Source: Candidatus Latescibacterota bacterium | GTDB lineage: Bacteria; Latescibacterota; UBA2968; GCA-2709665 | Length of the DNA stretch: 64,000 nucleotides | Direction: 5' to 3' | NCBI GenBank assembly: GCA_965203805.1 | Contig: OZ241917.1 | Span: 1,568,001-1,632,000 of the forward strand | Shown here: positions 56,989 to 64,000 of the stretch, one piece after another | Layout: every line of letters starts with the position of its first letter | How positions within the stretch are numbered: the stretch's first letter is position 1 | The notes under the pieces: model-generated | The model's input: only the letters and a program-made list of their open reading frames with translations | Told to the model about the DNA's origin: nothing | Databases searched by the model: none | Made by a program: the position numbers and the translations under genes

Positions 56989-58329
56989 TCAGCCTGCTTC
57001 GCGACGTTGACCCAGACGTAGAGCCCAGGGATCACCCAGCCGGTCAATAACCGCTGTTTCGCTCAAGCCTGAATGCTTCACCACCCAATTCAATTCCTCC
57101 TCGAGTGTGATCTCGAATCCGCCAGGATCGTCCGTGCAGATCGCAAGATCCACCTCTGATTCAAGGAATCTGTGAATCGGGTGGGCGCCGGGGTGCGGGA
57201 TGCCACCGATACGAAGATTTGAGGTCGGGCAACACTCGATCGCCGTTCCCAACCGTGCCAATTCGTCCAGCACGTACTCCTGGCGCGCGTGAATATTGGA
57301 GATTCTCGGCCTGTCATAGTGTGAGCGCACGACTTCACCAGGATCCATCGTTTCCAGACAGCGCCTCTCGGATTTCAGTTCGTTTTCATTGACGACAACA
57401 CCGTATTTGGACAGTTCCTCGGCTCTCTCCAGGTCATAGGCAATCTGATCGAGACGTTCCTCTACCGATTCCCGTTCATGCGCACCAGGGCGCCTTGCAA
57501 GTGCTGTACGAGCGTCCAGGCCCAACGCGATCGCGTGACCCAATCTTCTGACGCCCAATTCGGCTACTTCGTGACACCACCGGATTGCGCCCTCAAGCGA
57601 CTTGTCAAAGTATTGTTCGCCAACGTGATATACGACATCAAGAGCCTGATCCGGTCGCGCTTTATTGTCAGCCTCCAGCTGAGTCAACAACGGGGCCACA
57701 TGCTTTGGTGGATTCCCTTCCTCAACGCTCGCGAAATCAACGCCCACGAGCGTATCCACCAGCTCCGGATGTTTCTCAAGCAAATCACGGGTGAGTCTAT
57801 ATGCATCCTCGGCAGCATGGCGCGGTATGCTCACAATGTACCTGGCCGTAAACGATGCGTCGCTGGCCGCTTGAAGAGCCCTGGCACAGAAGGGATGCCA
57901 GAACATGAACCCGTCCATTCCGCTGCCGCAACGATATTCGACGTATCGATAGCCTTCCGTCTTGTGGCGAGCGAGCATGTGCCGAAGGAGGTCACCCTCA
58001 CGATCAAGCTCGCGGAGATGACTCCACACCCGCAAAAAGAATCCGTTCTTCGCCTCCCACTTCCCGAAATCTCCACCATCCTCGACGGTGTACACGTAAG
58101 CCCGCCGGAGTTCTTCAAGTCCTGCGGCATCGTTTACAGCCCCATCGAATATCCCAATCGGATCCAATGAGGTCTCATACAGCTCATTATAGCGATCTAG
58201 AAAGCCTTCCTCGTTCCAATTGACATCGGTGTAAACGTCCTTCCCGAGATCAAAGAAGTCCTGCGTCGTGTATGCACCCAGTATGTGAAGATGTAGATCT
58301 GTTGTGCTCAGATCCTTCAAAGAGGGCAT
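56989..58329 (-). CDS. Adenosine/AMP deaminase family protein
   Basis: DLHLH, HVGE, RLGHA, CPTSN, TDDPG. Confidence 0.88.
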   Translation of the reverse strand: MPSLKDLSTTDLHLHILGAYTTQDFFDLGKDVYTDVNWNEEGFLDRYNELYETSLDPIGIFDGAVNDAAGLEELRRAYVYTVEDGGDFGKWEAKNGFFLRVWSHLRELDREGDLLRHMLARHKTEGYRYVEYRCGSGMDGFMFWHPFCARALQAASDASFTARYIVSIPRHAAEDAYRLTRDLLEKHPELVDTLVGVDFASVEEGNPPKHVAPLLTQLEADNKARPDQALDVVYHVGEQYFDKSLEGAIRWCHEVAELGVRRLGHAIALGLDARTALARRPGAHERESVEERLDQIAYDLERAEELSKYGVVVNENELKSERRCLETMDPGEVVRSHYDRPRISNIHARQEYVLDELARLGTAIECCPTSNLRIGGIPHPGAHPIHRFLESEVDLAICTDDPGGFEITLEEELNWVVKHSGLSETAVIDRLGDPWALRLGQRREAG

Positions 58330-58394
58330 CAGATGCCTCCTTGCCAGCGATGGGAATGGCGCGGAACGTCGTGAATCGAGCGAATTCCCCTGTC

Positions 58395-58481
58395 AGATGA
58401 CGTTCCCTGCACCCGCGAACCTGCCGCAGGCCGGCTGGGCGAAGGGCTGAATGGCCGGAACCGTGGGTGCTCGTATTACCG
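58395..58481 (-). repeat. attC-like site
   Basis: Minus: CGGTAAT ACGA GCACCCACG...CGCGGGTGC AGGGAAC GTCATCT. Confidence 0.65.
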
Positions 58482-58514
58482 GCAGGCGATTATTGTCGGC
58501 GAAGCCAGTCACGG

Positions 58515-59321
58515 CTATCCACCGCCGGGGCAACCTGGCCCGGGTTTCTCTGTTCTTCTGAGCAAGATGATCGGACGGTTGATCTTCCCATCGCCGCTCA
58601 GTGGTGATGAGAAATCCCAGTCATTCCACCATCCGAGAAACTTGAAGTCGGAGCGCGCAGAAATGAAAGATAGAAACTCCTGAGGGAAGATCACTCGCCT
58701 GACAGACGCTCCCTGAACTTTCTCGACCTCTCCGTCCTTTAGGACCTCGAGGCATTCGGTATCCTCGTAGAGTTGTTCTAATTTGTCCAGAACCCGTGAA
58801 GCGAAACTGGCCTTCACGACGACACCGTTCTTTTCAACTTCCCAGTCGTCCACGCTGGAGTCCTGATTATCAAACTTGACGCACCAATCAAGCAGATAAA
58901 GACCGCCTGGCCTCAATGTTCTGGCGACGGCGTCGAAATGTGAGACAAGCTCATCGCTGCTCTTTACAAAAAGAGAGCCGAGCATCACGAAGGCGAAATC
59001 AACAGTCTTGTCGATCTGGAAGTCGACCATGTTCGCCTTCAAAAACTGCGCGTAAACTCCCCTCTTCCTGGCTTTCTCCTTCGAATACGTCAGCATCTCG
59101 TCACTGATGTCGATTCCTATAAAATCGTAGCCTCTGCCTGTCAGCTCTTCCATGTGGGGGCTGTTGCCGCATCCGATCTCAAGGAAGGTTTTGACAGGGA
59201 TCTCTGCAAAGCGACGGGCGGCCTCTTCCAGAACGTCTACCTCCCGCGGAATATCGCGGAAAGAGAACGCAATCTCGTAAACCTCGGGGAGTTGGTAGAT
59301 GCTATTCAAAGTTCTGCCCAC
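58515..59321 (-). CDS. Class I SAM-dependent methyltransferase (paralog of 36124-36897)
   Basis: LEIGCGNS; colinear with the 36124 copy. Confidence 0.9.
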   Translation of the reverse strand: MGRTLNSIYQLPEVYEIAFSFRDIPREVDVLEEAARRFAEIPVKTFLEIGCGNSPHMEELTGRGYDFIGIDISDEMLTYSKEKARKRGVYAQFLKANMVDFQIDKTVDFAFVMLGSLFVKSSDELVSHFDAVARTLRPGGLYLLDWCVKFDNQDSSVDDWEVEKNGVVVKASFASRVLDKLEQLYEDTECLEVLKDGEVEKVQGASVRRVIFPQEFLSFISARSDFKFLGWWNDWDFSSPLSGDGKINRPIILLRRTEKPGPGCPGGG

Positions 59322-59324
59322 ACC

Positions 59325-60011
59325 TCAATCCTCTTTACTGCTTTCCGTTTGCATTTCTGCCAGCAAACGACCGAGATCGGGATACTCTCTGCGCGCGAAC
59401 TGTCGAATCTCTTCCAATGGAGGAATTGACGTGGGCTTCTCCTTTGGAAGTGCCTTTAAGGCCGGCGGAATCCGGTCGGGGAAGGTTGCCAGGTGAAACC
59501 CTGTTCGATTCTGCGCGAAATCAGTGAGAAGTTTACTGTCCTTAAACCTGGAATGTACAGGAAAGAGATACATGGCATCAACCCGGAATGGACCGAAAAT
59601 CCGTGCAACTGCTCCATCTGAAGGATCTACCGCCGATGATATTGAAAAAAGCCGCTGCAGGACTTCCTGTCCATGTTCACCTTGTACATAGACGCGTCTG
59701 AGCGGGACCTCAGAACTATCTTGCGAGATGGCTGTGACGACCAGGAGCCCATATCCATTCAAACGGTGAAACTCCTTACTATCCTTTGGAAACGCAATGT
59801 CGTGAAACCCGGCCCTCGCGGCCACAGCTCCATATTTCTTGTAACGTAGCGCGGATTCTTTAATGATTCTGTCCATCCGCGCACTACTCACAGGCTCAGA
59901 AGAGTACCGGGTCCGCTCTCGAACGTGGAAAAAGTCTTCAGCCTCTGTCCAGCCAAAGTCAGGGATAAACACCATCACGACTGCCAGTATTGCCAATGAT
60001 CGTCTCATCAA
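59325..60011 (-). CDS. Exported hypothetical protein
   Basis: Signal-peptide-like N-terminus; 228 aa. Confidence 0.7.
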   Translation of the reverse strand: MMRRSLAILAVVMVFIPDFGWTEAEDFFHVRERTRYSSEPVSSARMDRIIKESALRYKKYGAVAARAGFHDIAFPKDSKEFHRLNGYGLLVVTAISQDSSEVPLRRVYVQGEHGQEVLQRLFSISSAVDPSDGAVARIFGPFRVDAMYLFPVHSRFKDSKLLTDFAQNRTGFHLATFPDRIPPALKALPKEKPTSIPPLEEIRQFARREYPDLGRLLAEMQTESSKED

Positions 60012-60144
60012 ATGTACCCTGCCTTATTGTCGAGTAACGTAGTCAGTTGGAGTGAGGAACTGGAGCCATCGATTCGTGCTTCCCACTCAAGCTTTTCGTC
60101 CGTAACGGGAGGAGTCGCGCGAAAGAAACTCAATTGAAACAGCA

Positions 60145-60795
60145 CTAAGTCTGCATCAGTTCATGGATCAGCGGCGGGACCTGGCGGATATCGGTCAGTT
60201 GCCGGAATGCGCCGGTAAAGTCCAGGCCGTGCGTGAGGCCCTGCGGTATGACGATGCAGCGCAGCCCGGCCGCCAGTGCGGCGCGCAGCCCGCGGTCCGA
60301 GTCTTCGACAACGACGCATTCTGCAGCGCTGAGCCCGTTCTTCCGCATGGCCGTGAGGTAGGGCTCGGGGTCCGGCTTGGAATGCCGGTAGTCTTCGCGC
60401 AGGAGCGTGAAATCAACGCAGTCCAGCAGGCCGGTGTCGGCGTGGATGATCTCAAAGTGCTCCCGCCGCGAGCTGGTGACAATGCCCATGCGTACCGTGC
60501 CGTGGAGTTGGCGAAGCACGTGGCGGGCGCCCTTGATGACGGGTACGCCGACGCGCAACAGTTCAGTGTAGCGGGCGTTGCGCCAGATGCGGGCGGCCTC
60601 CAGCGCCTGTTCGTCTATGCCGTGTTCGGCGGCAATTCTGGTAAGGCCATCGCTGGCCTTGAGGAAGAACTCGATGAAACGGGCTTCGCTCAGGCGCACG
60701 CCGAGGGGTTCCAGGGTTTCGCGGCAGGCCTGGAAGTACAGGCCTTCGGTGTCAACCAGGACGCCGTCGTTGTCCCAGAGAATGGCTTTCAGCAT
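60145..60795 (-). CDS. HAD family hydrolase
   Basis: DNDGVLVD, KPDP, VEDS. Confidence 0.93.
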   Translation of the reverse strand: MLKAILWDNDGVLVDTEGLYFQACRETLEPLGVRLSEARFIEFFLKASDGLTRIAAEHGIDEQALEAARIWRNARYTELLRVGVPVIKGARHVLRQLHGTVRMGIVTSSRREHFEIIHADTGLLDCVDFTLLREDYRHSKPDPEPYLTAMRKNGLSAAECVVVEDSDRGLRAALAAGLRCIVIPQGLTHGLDFTGAFRQLTDIRQVPPLIHELMQT

Positions 60796-60822
60796 CGCGC
60801 CTTATATCCTTTCCGCTGCTTC

Positions 60823-60888
60823 GCATAACGGCCAGTTTGCCGCCGGCAGTCCCATCGCGTCGAAGCCTGTCACGGGCAGACGTAAAGC
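60823..60888 (-). repeat. attC-like site (degenerate)
   Basis: gcataacggccagtttgcc...ggcagacgtaaagc. Confidence 0.5.
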
Positions 60889-60910
60889 GCACACCATCTG
60901 GCCTCTGATT

Positions 60911-61672
60911 CTACATGACCGGCCTGAATCTGGTCTGAAGAATCCTTTGGGCCGACAACTCGCCAAATGGCGCACCACAACCCCTGACATCCTCCACAAC
61001 CTTGTGGTAGTCGTAACTCAATCTGTGATTCTCCACATGCCATTCCCGCCCGTCCCACCACACGCTGGCATATCCGACTCGATGATCCCCATCAAATGGA
61101 AACCCGACGGAATCAATGATGCTGTACCGCTGACCGCAAGGAACGCCATAGGCCGCATAGTGCAGGTGTCCCGCCAGAATCAGATTGGCCTTCGCATCCC
61201 CGAGCAGTGTCCTGGCTTCCTCTTCCGGCGTAACGGTCAGAATCCTGAACGGATCCTGATCAGGTTGAAGAACCAGGAAACCGGCCACATCAGCAGGCGT
61301 TGCGTGGACAATGAGAAGATCATCCTCCGGAGACTGCCCACCGGGCGGGGTTATCCGGTGCTCAAAGGGCAGATTCTTCAGATAGCTCAACCCATCTGTT
61401 CCCAGCTTCTCTCTTACCCAGTCCAGTCTTTCCTCGGAAACCTGTTCATCGAAGACCAACTGGTCCGCGTTCCCGTAAATCGTGGGAACGCCCAGATTTC
61501 GTATCGCGTCAAGACTCTCGGCCGGGTGGGGTCCGTTCAGCACCAGGTCGCCGGCGACCACCAGACGATCATAGGGTTGGCGTTGCAGATCCTCAAGAAC
61601 CGCGTTGAGTGCAGCGACGTTGCCGTGAATATCCGCAATGACCGCAACGGAATATGACAGGGGATCGTTCAT
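60911..61672 (-). CDS. Metallophosphoesterase family protein
   Basis: DIHGN, GDLV, GNAD, GHLH. Confidence 0.9.
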   Translation of the reverse strand: MNDPLSYSVAVIADIHGNVAALNAVLEDLQRQPYDRLVVAGDLVLNGPHPAESLDAIRNLGVPTIYGNADQLVFDEQVSEERLDWVREKLGTDGLSYLKNLPFEHRITPPGGQSPEDDLLIVHATPADVAGFLVLQPDQDPFRILTVTPEEEARTLLGDAKANLILAGHLHYAAYGVPCGQRYSIIDSVGFPFDGDHRVGYASVWWDGREWHVENHRLSYDYHKVVEDVRGCGAPFGELSAQRILQTRFRPVM

Positions 61673-61763
61673 TTCACATCTCCAGGATGGGACAAGGCGC
61701 TGTCGAAGCAGGCCATCGTTCGCGCCCGCGGGAAACCCTCCCGCGACGAGTCGAGGTTCCCGC

Positions 61764-63077
61764 TCATATTCGGCCCCCTTCGGGTACCTCGCGTCCGCCG
61801 TCCCAGACGCCCGGCCCTTCGGTCGCCGACGGCCAGTACCCGTCGGCGTCTTCATCCCATTGATTTCCGCACATCGACGAGATGATGGTCCATTCCGCCG
61901 CCCCGAAATCCGGCTCGGGATGGTACAGGAAGCGCTTCAACCCCGCCTCCCGCGAAGCATTCAGGATGCCGTAGAGATCGCGCGCCTGCATCGGGTCGCC
62001 GCCGTGGGGACGGCGCCCGGTGGACACCCAGGCGATCACCTTGTCGGGATCACCTACGGCCGCCAGGGCCCGCCGGGTCTCGTTGTAGACCACCCTGGAG
62101 AAGAATTCGTCGGGGAAACCCATCTCCATGTCCATCAGCGAGTTGACGCCGGGCAGCTCGATGCCCAACAGCGCCTTCACGACGGCGAAACACTCCGCCT
62201 CGCTCAGGGACGGGTTCCACTTTCGCAACCGTCGTACCCAGCGGGATATGGTTCCGTACATGCCGTCCATACCGCGGTGCCAATAATAGTGTTTCGGAAA
62301 GATATAGTCGAAGTACTCCGCCATCTGACAGTAATTCTGTCCGGTGAGCGATGACCACGCCGGGGCCCGCGGGATACCGCCCAGCTCCACCTTGCGATCG
62401 ACGGCGTCGACCTGTTGCCGCATGTACTGCCAGTCGAAGCGAGAGCGCTCCTGCCGCTTGCGCAGCCAGTAGAGCACGTCCTCGTTGACGTCGAACAGGA
62501 GCATTGCCCCCAGCATCCCGCCGTCGGCGTGGTACCGCACCATTTCCGGCGTCAGATTGTGCAAACGCTCCCGGAAGTGGGTGATGCCGCGCTGGATTCG
62601 ATCCAACTCGGCGCCGACCTGGGCGAAGCGGGCCTCCTCGCCCGGACGGATCTCCAGGAGCTGGCCCCCATGGTGGAATGCCAGCTCGTAGTGGTTTTCG
62701 CCCGGACCGTCGACAATGACGCCGTGCACCTGTGGAAAGGCGTTCATCTGGTCCTGCACGTGAGCGGTCGGGCCGCCCCCGGCGAATATCAGTATTCGCC
62801 AGCCTCGTTCCGCGGCGTTGTCCAGCATTGCGTGCAGCTTCTTCTCTTTTAAGACGTCGCGCGGACGCTGCTCCGGGACTTCCGCCCCCAGGGCCTCGTA
62901 CACCTTCGGGTCGGGCGCCCACGCCGGAATGGTGGTGCCACCGTCCTGGAGGAACGTCATGCGGCCGACGGCCAGACCGCGCACGCCGCCATCCTCCCAG
63001 GCGTCGAACCGCTCCTCGAACCCGTCGAGCCAGTGTTCGAACGGGCTGTCACTGCAGGTGAATACCCAGAGTTTCAT
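61764..63077 (-). CDS. Hypothetical protein (paralog of 51625-53001)
   Basis: 437-aa ORF with strong RBS AAGGAGG. Confidence 0.8.
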   Translation of the reverse strand: MKLWVFTCSDSPFEHWLDGFEERFDAWEDGGVRGLAVGRMTFLQDGGTTIPAWAPDPKVYEALGAEVPEQRPRDVLKEKKLHAMLDNAAERGWRILIFAGGGPTAHVQDQMNAFPQVHGVIVDGPGENHYELAFHHGGQLLEIRPGEEARFAQVGAELDRIQRGITHFRERLHNLTPEMVRYHADGGMLGAMLLFDVNEDVLYWLRKRQERSRFDWQYMRQQVDAVDRKVELGGIPRAPAWSSLTGQNYCQMAEYFDYIFPKHYYWHRGMDGMYGTISRWVRRLRKWNPSLSEAECFAVVKALLGIELPGVNSLMDMEMGFPDEFFSRVVYNETRRALAAVGDPDKVIAWVSTGRRPHGGDPMQARDLYGILNASREAGLKRFLYHPEPDFGAAEWTIISSMCGNQWDEDADGYWPSATEGPGVWDGGREVPEGGRI

Positions 63078-63240
63078 TTTCCCCTCCTTTGGGGTGGCAG
63101 CGGCGATTTCCGTTCACGGCCTCGTCGTGCACGAATCGCGAATGCGGTTGCGCGAAGGGCGCATGTCCGGAGCCGGGCACGGGCATGTCATCTGACTTGC
63201 CGGCCTCGGACTCTGTGGGGCTTCCCAGGCGCCAGGATAC

Positions 63241-64000
63241 CTAAACTTTCGTCTCCACGAGTGCGCCAACATCGTCGTCACCAAACAGCCATCCGGTGTC
63301 ATCGTTTCCAAAGCGCTCGTTGATCTCGTGCGCGTTGGGAAGCAATGCGTAGGTTTCGGGCGTATTTATCTTCGACTTGCGAGGGTCAAGGTGCCAGTCA
63401 AGCTTGTCAACATCAGGCAACTCTAGCCCCAGAAAGTTGAAGATACCTTTGGCAACGACGTGACTCTTCTTGATGTCTCCAGTGTACAGCTCCTCATAGG
63501 ACACCTTCAAGGTACTGCCTCGTGGACGCTGCTCTATCACGTTACTGTAATAGTCTCTGAGTTCCGTCGCGTATTCGAGACCGTCCGCGATCTTCTTCAA
63601 GGAAACTGGCTTCAGATTCCGGTAGATTCGCCTGGTTTTCTCGTTCAAGTCTGAAATCTGCCAGACCTTCGTTTGTTCGGCTATGCATCCGGAGACTTCG
63701 GCTCGCAGCAGATTAGCCCTTTGAAGGAAAAGGACCGTGGCGTCAGGAGAAAGCAACAGATGGGTGTATAACTTTTTTGGAAGTTGGTAGCTGAGGATCT
63801 TTATCCCGTTGTACCTGGCGAAGAGATCTTCAAGGGCTTTCTCAAGCGACGGAACGTCCTCCATGAAATCCACGTAGTTCCTCTCGCCGGGATTTTCCCT
63901 CGCATATCCATGCCAAAAGGGCTCGAGAGCGAAATTCAAGCGAGGATGTGTCTGAAGAACGCGATACAGCGTCGTACTGCCGCTTCGGCCGTGCGCAAAG
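63241..64000 (-). CDS. Stf0-like sulfotransferase (5' end outside window)
   Basis: Frame is open to the window edge: FAHGRSGSTTL..EPF; LQRANLL, VSYEEL. Confidence 0.8.
   Translation of the reverse strand, partial: FAHGRSGSTTLYRVLQTHPRLNFALEPFWHGYARENPGERNYVDFMEDVPSLEKALEDLFARYNGIKILSYQLPKKLYTHLLLSPDATVLFLQRANLLRAEVSGCIAEQTKVWQISDLNEKTRRIYRNLKPVSLKKIADGLEYATELRDYYSNVIEQRPRGSTLKVSYEELYTGDIKKSHVVAKGIFNFLGLELPDVDKLDWHLDPRKSKINTPETYALLPNAHEINERFGNDDTGWLFGDDDVGALVETKV

Larger units (their letters stand above)
3350..64000 (-). mobile_element. Large integron-type gene-cassette array (eroded attC sites; no intI in window)
   Basis: All genes co-oriented; attC-like palindrome family in spacers; complementary R'/R'' at cassette ends; TA cassettes with their own promoters; duplicated cassettes. 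Left boundary approximate. Confidence 0.75.

Noticed and set aside
1-64000. Prophage or biosynthetic gene cluster explaining co-orientation
   Set aside because: No phage structural genes or core biosynthetic enzymes; functions are unrelated and separated by attC-like sites
1-64000. tRNA/rRNA genes
   Set aside because: No cloverleaf or rRNA signatures seen; intergenic hairpins fit attC-like sites better

Overview
GC-rich bacterial DNA in which essentially every credible gene (about 65 genes and gene remnants) lies on the minus strand. The genes are functionally unrelated accessory types: GNAT, AAC(3), APH-like and ANT-like enzymes, methyltransferases, sulfotransferases, nucleases, two toxin-antitoxin pairs, and Kelch and ankyrin proteins. 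Many short spacers carry one family of ~50-100 bp imperfect palindromes with integron attC architecture (R''-L''...L'-R'). In two cassettes the core sites at the two ends are complementary and the stop codon sits inside R''. The best reading is a very large, partly eroded chromosomal (super)integron-type cassette array with its own attC family. No integrase is in the window; it would be expected beyond position 64000. The array shows cassette duplication, attC deletion, an in-frame ANT/APH chimera and one clean IS insertion with a 6-bp target duplication. A different ATCCTG/palindrome repeat occupies the left end. Product calls come from motif recognition only, with no database searches. Where a start differs from the ORF track, I chose the more plausible start codon.
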